DNA of 63,350 nt, counting the filler, from Rhabdomonas costata (taxonomy: Eukaryota), in NCBI GenBank assembly GCA_019059605.1. It is 34 parts of 34 records of this genome, joined end to end, with 100 filler letters (N's around TTAATTAATTAA, not from the genome) between each part and the next. Parts side by side here need not be neighbours in the genome. Positions count along the whole stretch, not along the records: positions 11,203 to 12,969 come from JAHMHO010009356.1; positions 13,070 to 14,836 come from JAHMHO010009357.1; positions 14,937 to 16,709 come from JAHMHO010009358.1; positions 16,810 to 18,576 come from JAHMHO010009359.1; positions 18,677 to 20,444 come from JAHMHO010009360.1; positions 20,545 to 22,310 come from JAHMHO010009361.1; positions 22,411 to 24,172 come from JAHMHO010009362.1; 27 more parts are not named here. One strand, 5' to 3'. The translations under genes were made by a program, and so were the position numbers. The stretch's first letter is position 1, and each line of letters begins with the position of its first letter. Below are positions 12,277 through 23,070 of the stretch, one piece after another. The notes beneath the pieces were generated by a model. It was not told the origin of the DNA. It did no database searches and was given only the letters and a program-made list of their open reading frames with translations.

Positions 12277-12374
12277 TTTTTTTGATTATAAAGATTATAA
12301 TGTCACAAGTTTATATATATATAACATAATTATGTCATGCTTTACTATAAAAATATGTGTATATAGTATATAAA

Positions 12375-12382
12375 AAAATTGA
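12375..12382 (+). promoter_or_regulatory. AAAATTGA motif (Mimiviridae early promoter consensus)
   Basis: Exact octamer ending 74 nt upstream of the ATG at 12456. A chance match is not negligible in such AT-rich DNA. Confidence 0.55.
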
Positions 12383-12455
12383 AAAAAAATATATTTAAAT
12401 GATTAATAATAAATAATATTAGAAAAATACAAAAGAAGACACAAGCCATATAAAA

Positions 12456-12969
12456 ATGTTCAAGATTGACGTGAACAACGTGAAGCCAGAAATCATTAAT
12501 CCGTTGGCAAGACAAAAAAAACTACAAATTAAAATCGTGACAATTAATGAACAAATTAACAAGATTTTGATTGATAATAACAAACCATACGAAATTAATA
12601 ATAAACAAATCTTGTCATCCTCATATGATATTGCATATGAAGGAATTGATAAAACAAATGGTGCACATGTAATCGTACGATTATATACAAAAGAAATATT
12701 TACAGATGGAATAATTGCAATGAAAATATTGCGGGAGATTGCTTTGTCTGCACATTTTCGAAATCATCCCAACATTGTTGGATTGAAGGATTTCGTGTTT
12801 ATTCCTGAACAAAAAATTATAATAACCATATCCGAAAGATTGGATTATACTTTGTTTGATGTATTCAAATCAACATACATATTCGGAAGACAACAAGTAT
12901 ATTGTTTGATGTATCAGTTATTGTTTGCATTGTTGTATATTCATCGTGCAGGTGTTATTCCTTCTGAAA
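12456..12969 (+). CDS. MAPK/CMGC-like kinase, probably a pseudokinase, 3'-truncated
   Basis: KILREIAL, FRNHPNIVGLKD and MYQLLFALLYIHRAGVI match MAPK subdomains III-VIa. The Gly loop is degenerate (LSSSYD) and VAIK is replaced by VIVR. No introns. Confidence 0.8.
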
Positions 12970-13069
12970 NNNNNNNNNNNNNNNNNNNNNNNNNNNNNNN
13001 NNNNNNNNNNNNNTTAATTAATTAANNNNNNNNNNNNNNNNNNNNNNNNNNNNNNNNNNNNNNNNNNNN

Positions 13070-14649
13070 GGGTGTTGTTTCCGCTATCTCGGTTGGACCG
13101 GGAGTTCACGGTGCTCTCCGTACTAGGTGAAGGCTCATTCGGTCGTGTCTGCCTGGTACGCTCCTCCTCCTCTTCCTCCTCCCCAAAATGTCTCGATTTC
13201 TCTCCCTTCCCGCGTTTCGGGTCTGGGACGCGAGAGAGGTATCAGTCCCCGCGGTCCCCCGCACTGGGGGCTTGCGTTGAAAGACAAACCATTCGGCATA
13301 AGCAAACCGGTTCCTTCCTGTTTACCACTCTCACGCCCTTTTCGCTGCCCGTGTGCATGCTTCTGTTCTGCGCGTTAGGTTCGCCATCAAATGGACAATC
13401 AGCTGTATGCCGTGAAGATTTCGCAGCGGCGAGTGGGAAGGGAGACCAGTCGGTATCTATCTTGTTTCACGTGTTCATGTGTATAGGATCATCACAGAAA
13501 AACATCCCCCTTGTCAACTCCACGAAAGGATGAAAAAGCGCCTATCCATCCAAATCACTGTACTGGCGCGTGTGTTCACGTACTTATCTGCTCTAGCAAC
13601 CGTTGAAAACATACCATTTGGAGTTCCATGGACCATTTTATTCTCCCGACTCTGCGTGGCCGTGTGCACATGCGTATGTTTTGGGTTTGGTCAGTTGTTG
13701 AACCCCCGAATTACCTCCGTTAGACGAATTTTTTAAACGAAACGTTTGCTTTGATTAAAGGTTTCAAAACGGATTTCATGACGAACTGAGGCTCATAACC
13801 TAACGAACGTAAAGCTTCGTATCAGGTTGCAGGGGTTTATTCTTTGGGGACAGTCTTCTTGAGGTTTGAGTTGGGTTTGGAGGTGTGTTGGGCCCCGCAA
13901 AGCGCAACGTTGGTGCTCAGATTACGGTGTGGGGATTCTCAACGAGAGCGATCAAGTGTCCTATAGGCTGGGTATTGGTCTGAGAGGAGACTGGAGAAAA
14001 AGGTCGTGAAAAAGGCGAGACACAGGCAGGGGTGAGGAGGGGATGGACCCCTTCTGGTATCCTTCAGAAAATGAAGGGGTTAAGTGGGTTGCTTTGGGTT
14101 CTATGGTGGAATGAACCTGGGCAACGGACTGCGAGCCTAGTTATGGGAAGGTTTTATGATGTCCTTCAGTGAAGTTCGGTAATGTCCGCCAAAATGAAAA
14201 TCATTTCATATCGCAGGATCCCGTTTCGCGGGGATTCCGAAAGGAATTTCGCAGGAGGATTTTGCGATGCAGGTGTTATAAAGTCTGTGCCGTTATTCAA
14301 AGCAAGATACCTTCACGCCGCTTTCTGCAACTGTCGCATCGAGCCAGGAGTATCCTGGAGGAAGGTCGAGGGGGAAGCCAGCCGTGTGGGAACTACATGC
14401 AGGGTTTCACTGAGGGCATTTTGGAAACCTTTACACCCATCTGGCAGATGGGCGTTGGGTTGTGGTTCGGGCGGTTCTAGTAGGAAATTGGTTGAAAATA
14501 CGCCTTGGGATTGCACTCAGGGCTAGGGAGCAACAACTGCAGGAGGTGTATGCGCTGGCCCACGCCGGGCACTGCCCTCACATTGTGCGGTACCACGATT
14601 GCTGGATGGAGGTCTCCGAGATGGGCACCTTCCTGCATTACCGCATCGA
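13070..14649 (+). CDS. Wee1/Myt1-like protein kinase, N-lobe exons
   Basis: Exons 13070-13155, 13379-13452 and 14521-14649 splice in frame (GT-AG): EFTVLSVLGEGSFGRVCL|VRHQMDNQLYAVKIS...R|AREQQLQEVYALAHAGHCPHIVRYHDCWME. Confidence 0.85.
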
Positions 14650-14952
14650 GTGCGTTTTCCCTCTACCCTGCCGCAGATCCCCCGACTCCATGCTTGACAT
14701 CCATTTTTTTTTACATCTATCCCGAATTATTCGAATTTGTTTTTTTTAACCGCTGTACTCACAACTTATTGCGATCGATTCTCAAAAAGCATAAGCGCAC
14801 CAAAATATCTCTGCACTGTTTGATCCCCCCCCACACNNNNNNNNNNNNNNNNNNNNNNNNNNNNNNNNNNNNNNNNNNNNTTAATTAATTAANNNNNNNN
14901 NNNNNNNNNNNNNNNNNNNNNNNNNNNNNNNNNNNNGGAGCACGTGGTTACA

Positions 14953-14979
14953 ATGTGTTTGTGTGTGTGTGTGTGTGTT

Positions 14980-15018
<39 letters not shown>

Positions 15019-15035
15019 TGTGTGTGTGTGTGTGT
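14953..15035 (+). repeat. (GT)n intronic microsatellite
   Basis: Long imperfect GT tract just upstream of a splice acceptor. Similar tracts at about 9745-9812, 29878-29900 and 30018-30040. (AG)n tracts at about 2006-2021, 7228-7252 and 61237-61257. Confidence 0.95.
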
Positions 15036-15047
15036 TTATCCTTTCAG

Positions 15048-16613
15048 ATGTGCGACGGGGTCACGGGTTTGTGCCCTTCGGACATGAAGCTCCCAGCGGA
15101 CGCTGTGTGCCGCGCCTCGGTCGACGACTGCGACGTGCCGGAGCTGTGCAACGGGGTGCAGAACGAATGTCCTGTGGACGTCGTGGCTTCTTCCTACCTG
15201 CTGTGCCGCGAGGCTGTGGGCCCCTGCGGTGTGCCTTGACTGTTCTTTGTATTAACTTTAACAGGTGACATTTGCGAGCAGCCCAGGGGATACATGAGTA
15301 TTTTGAGCGTTACTCTTGGTGTCTTCACAGGAAGGGATGCCTTATTTCTCGTCTTGTTAGTTGTGCAGCTTTGTCAATCCCTTCACCATCTGACATGCCC
15401 TGTGTCCTTTGCAGACCGGGCAGAGTACTGCGACGGCTTCAACACGGCTTGCCCGCAGGATGGCCTGTGGGATTCCAGCCGCATGTGTGGGGCAGCTTTG
15501 GGCCCCTGCGACATCGCGGAGTATTGCACCGGCAGCTCCACCGACTGCCCTGCCCCAGTGCTGAGTGCCGTGGGCACGGTCTGCCGCCCCGCGGTGGGAG
15601 ACTGCGATCAGGCTGGTATGTGGGTGGGTGAGGGGGTACATCCGTCCCCTCATTCCCAACATCCCTGCCCCCAGGCCACGAGTTTAGCTTGTCAAGAGGG
15701 CTGCACGGCGAAGTCGTAGCATGCCCCAGAGGCGCGAGGCACAAATCTGAATTGTTGCCGAGTGGACTAGTCAATTCACAGCGTTCAGAGGAACATCCCG
15801 GACCCATTTAAACCTCTCGGCCACTGGCTCTGATCTCTCTGACCTCTTTTCACGTGGGTACGAAAATGGCAACGAGCAACGCGGGATCATACAATCATCC
15901 TGCTGAAGACGATGGCAAAAGTACAGGGTCTGCGGAGACCCTTTATATGTCGTAAACACTGGACGTACTTTATTTGCAAAGTATGCGCAAGATTCAATTC
16001 TATCTATGCATTTGCTTGGCTGTGTTATTGCGACCAATCAGACGGATTTCTAAACCCATACTAACCCCATTTCGTGGAGTTTCGGTCGGAACCAGCCTTC
16101 GTCTTCGTGGTGAACGGTAGTGCGGCTAGCGGCGACGGGCGTGACGACTTTCCCGTGCCTATCCTCGGAACTTTTTTTTTTTTTTTTGCAAAACTCGTAA
16201 ATGTTTCTAGGGCACGACTTAGGGCTGGAACCGAAGCGGAAGTCAATTGGAAACTTGGTATGTGCTCCTCATATGTGCTCCCATACACTTCCCACCTCAC
16301 CCTTCTTCCATCTTCGGACGCCCCCGGTTCATGTTGCAGAGTACTGCGAGGGCAGTGCGGCGTGCCCCGACGACGTGCTGATGCCCGCGAACAAGACATG
16401 CCGCGCCGCGGCAGGGCCCTGTGATGCCCCAGAGGTCTGCGACGGGGTCAGTGGGTTCTGCCCGTCTGACGACCTGCTGGACAACTACGTGGTTTGCCGC
16501 CCCGCCGTGGCCGTGTGCGACGTGGAGGAGACCTGCGATGGCTTCGGCGCGGGCTGCCCCCCGAACCAAGTCCAGCCCTTGGGCGCGTTGTGCCGCTCCC
16601 CTGCGGGCGACTG
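15048..16613 (+). CDS. Tandem disintegrin-like repeat protein, internal exons
   Basis: Exons 15048-15228, 15415-15615 and 16340-16613 are phase-compatible with GT-AG borders. A unit of about 31 aa, CRxxxGxCDxxExCxGxxxxCPxD, recurs about 6-7 times. Confidence 0.9.
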
Positions 16614-17438
16614 GTATGCGCATTTGGAGTCCTCCCAACACTATATGCACTGCACCACATTCATCAATGTCCCAGCGGTGTGCCTTGTGAAGAAGCGCGC
16701 GTACTCGGGNNNNNNNNNNNNNNNNNNNNNNNNNNNNNNNNNNNNNNNNNNNNTTAATTAATTAANNNNNNNNNNNNNNNNNNNNNNNNNNNNNNNNNNN
16801 NNNNNNNNNGGGTGGTGGTGGGTAGAGTGGGTGCTGAGGGTGGAGGTCTGTGGGTTCGGCCCGATGTGCCATGTTTCATCGAGGGTGGGGGAGTCCGGGA
16901 AGGAAGAGAAACGCGAGTGTTCCCCAGAAAAAAGTCGTCTGGTCAAGTACACAAAGTGTGTGCGTGTGAATGTCCTGCCTCCTCTCCTATGAGCAACGCA
17001 ATTTCATGGGATTTGATCCTCTTTGCACCCCAAGTGCACGTGTATGTAAATCGGCTTCACTTAATCGTGTGCCTGGTGTATGCACACGTGTGATGTTCGA
17101 ATCGGCCCAAATGAAAGTATTGAGGATGGGGGAGCGTTAAAAGTGATCCCGTTAGTAATGGTCACCATTGGTAGCGATTACAGCTAAAAATAACAGTACA
17201 CAGCTGACAATAGCTAACACCCACCCTCCGTGCAACAAAAAACAATCACCAGCCTTACCTTTTCCCTAAAAGCTGCTTCGGCGTGGAATGCAGTGCGACA
17301 GGGGAGTGGATCTGCTCAATCCCGACGTTGACCCTGTGACCCATCGCTCCTTGGTCAATTATTTGCCGTCACTGTTTCAAATGCTTCTCCGAACCGGGTA
17401 GCTTTTGTGTGGACTCGGGTTTTTGCCTCCTTGCATAG

Positions 17439-18576
17439 GCCTTTGGGACGGTGGTGATGGTCTCTGAGAGTACAATGGAGGGTGCCGCCTCGGAGTTTGT
17501 TTTTCGGCGGCTGGGCCGCATCCTGGTTCCTGGAAAGCTTGAGGTGGTCACGGTATTCGAGTTGCTTTGCGAGCAGCCACCGCAAGCTGGGGACGCAGTG
17601 ATCCCCTTTTTAGGTGTTGTCCTCCCGAAGTTGTTCGCCTTTTGATTGCGTTGCTCATCATGCCTCTTTCTCAGAACGTCTTGCGACAGTACTGTTTGAG
17701 AGGGACGAACCACTAAATCTCACCCAGCCCTCTGAGAGATTTGAACAACACACCCCTCAGCCAAAGGGGTACGAACAGGCATATGCACATTTTTTCAGAT
17801 TGCGAGCGGGTAAAAAGTCACCGCCAAGGAAAGAAGAACTTCAACCCTTCAACAGGTCACGACAACCTGTTCAGGAATGAGACGAACGAAAAGCGGAAGT
17901 CCCGTTTTTCGTTCCCTTGCACCCAGGCGGGAGTGCGGAGGAAATTGGAGAGGTCACCGCATCGCGAGAACAAGAGAGTTGCGGGCAAGTCTTTCTCCAT
18001 TGCCATCCCTTTGCAGCCTCCCCGGAGTCCGACTCTCTGGTGCTGTACAACTGGCAGTGGGTCCGTCGTGATGTGCTGCTTCGTGTGGCAGATCTCTACG
18101 AAAAAGTTGCTGCAATCCCTCACCCAACCCCCTTTCTCTTTCCCTGTCCCGTATGATTCACTTCTCATCCTCCTGTACTCGCGAAAGCACTGGCAGTCAA
18201 ATCGGTTTCGGAACTTGCCGTTTCTTCGTGTGTGGGTTTCTTTCTTGTCAGATTCCACTCTTTTTTCTTTTCAATTCTGCACAGTCCTCCATTGTTTCAG
18301 AGTGCTCCTTTCTATCGATTTTACGCGATGGTGTTTACGTGGGTGGTTGATCCGCTTTCAACTTGTTAACATGCGCATCGTCATGTTCCCTCCTTGCCTA
18401 CTATCGGTGGGTGGTCTTGCAGGGTATCTCCCTGTTCATCGAACGGGACGCTGGGGCTGCGCTGCGGTGGTTCGAGGACGCCCTGGCCGTGCTTCCGGGT
18501 GACTTCCCCTCTAGGTTTTTGCAGGAGGTCTGCCGCGGCGCCACGACAGGGAAGGGCCCCTGCGAAAACCCACAAC
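17439..18576 (+). CDS. Class III adenylate/guanylate cyclase, C-terminal exons with TPR-like tail
   Basis: Exon from 17439 reads FGTVVMVSEST...FRRLGRILVPGKLEVVTVFELL. Exons 17927-18105 and 18423-end give YEK|GISLF...ALRWFEDALAVLPGDFPSRFLQEVC, resembling the tail of bacterial-type cyclases. The first donor is ambiguous. Confidence 0.8.
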
Positions 18577-19318
18577 NNNNNNNNNNNNNNNNNNNNNNNN
18601 NNNNNNNNNNNNNNNNNNNNTTAATTAATTAANNNNNNNNNNNNNNNNNNNNNNNNNNNNNNNNNNNNNNNNNNNNGTGGTCTGGTGGTTGATGTCGGCG
18701 TCAGGGTTGTGGTGGTTCAGCTTGTGCCTGGTTGGTGCTGCTTGTCGTGTTGTTGGGTTCTGTGGAGTTTGGTGTCTGCGATCTGGGCTGTGTTGTTTAG
18801 CGATGTCTGGAGCGCTGTGTGCTGGTTCTGTGGCGTCAGCTCTTGTGATGTTCGCTCGTGGTTGGTTTGCGTGGTTGCTGGGAGTGTGAGCGTTGGTGGT
18901 GTTGAGGGTGACCTGGATGGTGGTGTTGGCTGAAGTGGTGTACGGTGTGTGGCAGGGTTGGTCGTGTCTGGTGTGTGGGGGTTTGGAGTGACTGTTGGTG
19001 TAGTGTTGCGTGGAGTTGGCCGAGGTTGGTTCTGGTGTTGGCTGGTCTCGTAAGGTATGGTGATTCTGGTGTCGGTCTGTGTGATTTTGTGGGGTGAAAC
19101 TGTAGCTTTTTCTTTGCCGATCGGACGACTGGTATGATCAAATTATCCAATCTGAGTACTATTTTTTCCCCACGATTTGCCAGAAAAGGGAGCATTCTCT
19201 CATATTTGTCTTGCCCTCATTGGCCTCAAATTGTGCTGTAGGTCTGATGTGAAGGCTCCAAAGATGGTTGCGAAAAAATGGAGAAACTTCATTTTATGTG
19301 CCCCCTCCCGCCCCTCAG

Positions 19319-20444
19319 GTCGTACTGAAGGTCAGGTACAATTACTCCCATGATTCTCGCCGAATAGTTGTTCCACTCAATACCTCCTACGAGGAGCTCT
19401 TGGTGGTCCTGAAAGCCGAGATCGGCGCCTTTGCTCACCTCGCGTACATCGATCAGGTTGGAGGCGAGGACAGTGTATACCTCCACAAAACACCTGTCTT
19501 CATGTCAATGACATTCTGCGTCTGCTCTCAACTCACGCAAATTCAAGGGGTGCAAACGCATTATCCACCATTTTAACCATCGTTTTATCCCGGGACCCTG
19601 CAAATTCGTCTCGCTTTCCTGCCTGTTTTGAGATGTCAAATGGATTCCTGCTAACTTTGTTGAGGCCTCATGACAAGTGTCCCTTTTCGGTTGCAACCTG
19701 CGCAATTCGCAATGTTTTGTTCTTTTCCGGGGCGCTGATGAGGCTGGAGAGGAGAGTTTCCGAGTACGTCTACTTTCGAGTAACTTTTCGTTATCGTGAG
19801 TGGGTGCATCTTCTCCCGTATCTTTAGGAGTCACTTTCTTTTCAGCATATGCTGTGGCTACCGGAGCTCGTTGTTGTGGTGGTTGTGGTTGTTGTTATAT
19901 CGTCCCCCTGTCTCTCTGTCCGTGCTACCTCCAGGATTGTGACCACATTTGTATTGTGAAAGATGGGGACCTCAAGGAGGCCTTCGCGTTTTACCGGACC
20001 TGCCTCTTGCCTCACGGGCGCGCTCTTCGTTTGGATTTACAGGTTTTTTCCGAGCGTCCGGATTCTGCAAACCTTTTTCCTGCGGAATACTGCGGAGTTT
20101 CTGAAATATTTGCCGGTCGAGTGCTTCTTCTCAATGATTGTGAATTTCAGCAACAGAAATGCTTTGTAATAGATGTCATGGTGCACGGAGATTTGCGTAA
20201 TGCAATGTTGTTCGTATCTGTTGATGAGGCCTTTTCGGGTAGGACTGGCCCCGCTTTGCCCCGCATGACGTTAGGTGATCGCTTACACGTTTATCAAGCG
20301 TCGACTGATCTGTAGATGAGAATAATGGTTATCCGAACTCCGTGTGTCTCACACAGCCGCCCCGGTGCCCTTCTCCGGAGGGTCCGTCCTGCGCAAAGGC
20401 TTCAGCGCGGAGTCCGCGGGATCACCCCGTTTTACCACCAACCC
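19319..20444 (+). CDS. PB1-domain protein, internal exons
   Basis: Exons 19319-19456, 19935-20042 and 20357-end are all phase 0: VLKVRY...SRRIVVP...SYEELL...LAYIDQ|DCDHICIVKDGDLKEA (basic Lys plus OPCA-like acidic motif). Confidence 0.8.
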
Positions 20445-23070
20445 NNNNNNNNNNNNNNNNNNNNNNNNNNNNNNNNNNNNNNNNNNNNTTAATTAATTAA
20501 NNNNNNNNNNNNNNNNNNNNNNNNNNNNNNNNNNNNNNNNNNNNTTGGGTAGGATGTGAACGTGGGGCTTAATGAGTGTGTGGGGTGAAGCGTTAGGGCA
20601 ACGTGCGGGTTTAAAGGCAGGGGAAGGACAGTATAGGGGTAAATAACGCGTTGAAACCAAGCGAGTGCGGGTCAGCTGGCTGCAAAACACAAAAATCAAA
20701 GCTCGCTTGCAAATCATCATCACTATCATCATCAAGGAGGAACATACTGTCCGCAGTGGAAGCTCCTGAGGCAAAGTTCGGGGGGGCTCGAAAGGCCGAA
20801 TCCTGTAAGAGAGAGGTTGAGAGTGTTTCTCTGTGCAAGTGCGTCTTGTTGTGACTGAGAGAAGTTATCAACAAACCAGCATATGGTGCATTGCTTCTGC
20901 CGATTCGATTGTCTTTAAATTTCATAAGCGGGCGGCACTCCACGGGGTAGTGGGGTTTGCAAAGCTCGCAGTTGGTTCAGTCTCTCCTTTACTCATAAAA
21001 CCACACACATGACTGCCGACAGGAGCACCGGAAAACCGGCTTATCCCAGAAAAAGTAGCCTGAACTTTACAGCTTTTAATGCACACGAACAAACTAATGC
21101 TGGCATCGCTTCCAGTGATACTTTTTACTACTCTAAAACCCTTGTAAGTTCAAAAGGTGACATTTTGAAACAATTTTTCCACTTCTCACTTTTGAGATAG
21201 CACGGGCAATATTTAAGAAAATACCGAGGCTGGGGAGCGAGGATCAGGTGCCGCCCGAGAATGCGAAGACGGGGCAACAGGGGAGGCCCCAGGGCTGCCC
21301 TTCAACGGCTACAAAGGGAGTGCGGAAATTGACAATCCGCACACGAAGAGAACGCCGCTGGACATTCAACACACATTCAACACACAACGGCGGAAGCATT
21401 TGGAGACAAGCGACATTACTGGCAAAGCCGCCAAAACTGAAACCACTATACCCAGTTCGCACGTGAGTTTGGGGAAAAGCGGGCGAGGTGGGGCGAAATA
21501 ACAACAGCGTGTGACGTGTCCAATTCATCCCTCTCTCCCGATAAGTTCGCTTCCCGCCCATAACCTCGCTCTGAACCCTGCGTGCAGGAGAGAGAAAATC
21601 CATACCGGAAGTGAACCGCGGCGGTGCAGATCTGAAGGAAAACAAGAAATGCAATGCAAAATAAAACAGGCTGCGCACATATCCACGCAATTGCAACCAC
21701 CGGCTTATCCATCCATCGACACCCGAGCTATCAAAACCGCCACAAAACCGACCACTGCACAAGCCCATCGCTTCCTCGTCCAGGATCAACGACAACGATA
21801 GGTGTGTGCTGTAACGTGGAACCCCTCCCCAAAGCCGTCCTATCTAGAGGCAAACGTTCTGAGACTTGCAGCGCTTCCTAATCTCACAAAACATAGCTAT
21901 GATGAAATTCATGAGAGTGTAGGTCGCTTCCTAACTGAAAAATCCATAAAAATCTTCACCTTACTGCCTCGGCTCCAAAAAGGGAGGACGCAAGGATGTG
22001 GAGGTGGGAGGCAAGGAATTTAACAAGGTTCGAACGTTCGCAGCAGGAAACTCTTTCCTGCCACTCAGTGATTTCGCGGCAAGCGTCGGCAGTGATTGGG
22101 AATCCACGCACGCATACTTTGTGCACAAAGCGAACGCACGCACGTCAGTCACCGCATGAAACCGCGCAGTTACCATTTGGGGCTCCAATAGGCAGCATTG
22201 ATCCAGCATCCAGGAAGGAGCCGATCCTAAGGCCCTTCGGGGGGATCTGGGGAAGAGCGGAGGGCTCCCTGCCGGGCGATCCCTCCTCTCTTCCCCAGAT
22301 CCCCCCAACCNNNNNNNNNNNNNNNNNNNNNNNNNNNNNNNNNNNNNNNNNNNNTTAATTAATTAANNNNNNNNNNNNNNNNNNNNNNNNNNNNNNNNNN
22401 NNNNNNNNNNATCGTAAATGTTTTATACCACGCTTACGTTTTGGAAAAAAAAACTCTCTCGGAGTTTTCACAAACCGGAAGCGTGGCAGCCAGATGTCAC
22501 TGCCCAGGCTACCAGTCATCAAGGCACGGACTTAGAGATTTGCTGATCCAACTTGCTTACCGCCGGTGTGTATGTGTGCGTGTTGTATTCGGAATGTTTA
22601 CACCTTCACGGCGTGGGGTTTCTGCTTCAGAGGGTACCCGATATGGTGAAGATCAAGTAACAATGTTCAAAAATTGCGGCCACCTTATCAACGCAAGTGG
22701 CCTTCCTCTTCCCCCGCCCGGGGCATACTGCGGGCCGGACCCGGGTCCGCATGCAAATTTCTTTCTTTCTTTTTGGCAACCTTTCTTTTCTTTTCAGATG
22801 GGGGCGCACGCAGCACAGCGGGAAACCACACCCGACTGACTCTAGGGGAGAGTTGCTTTCACTGTTCCGAAGCTGGCAGCAGGTTTGTTGTGTGCATGTG
22901 AGTTAGCAGTTTCCAAGACACCACTGGGTGCCCGGATGCCACTCTTTTCTCAATTCTGAACGTATTGCCATGCCAAGCCTTAGGAGCAGTTTCATGACGA
23001 TCAGGTTGTCTCAATTGCAGTAATGCCGTATCGCTGCAGGGTTTCTCTGCAAGAACAAGCGACATCATAC

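Larger units (their letters stand above)
11203..12969. other. AT-rich foreign contig, probable nucleocytoplasmic large DNA virus (Mimiviridae-like) fragment
   Basis: GC is roughly 20-25% by eye versus about 50% in other contigs. Two intronless divergent ORFs with a 179-nt intergenic region, an AAAATTGA motif and palindromes downstream of a stop codon. Confidence 0.7.

Noticed and set aside
11203-14836. Apparent kinase cluster or viral integration next to host genes
   Set aside because: The contigs are separated by linkers and ordered by length, so adjacency has no biological meaning.
17571-17928. Euglenid non-conventional intron (CAG at +4 to +6)
   Set aside because: There is no complementary CTG at the 3' end. 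GC-AG or GT-AG readings explain the junction.
21700-22160. Interrupted ORF suggesting stop-codon reassignment
   Set aside because: It also needs a frameshift. In-frame stops elsewhere are confined to decayed transposons, and host exons translate in the standard code.
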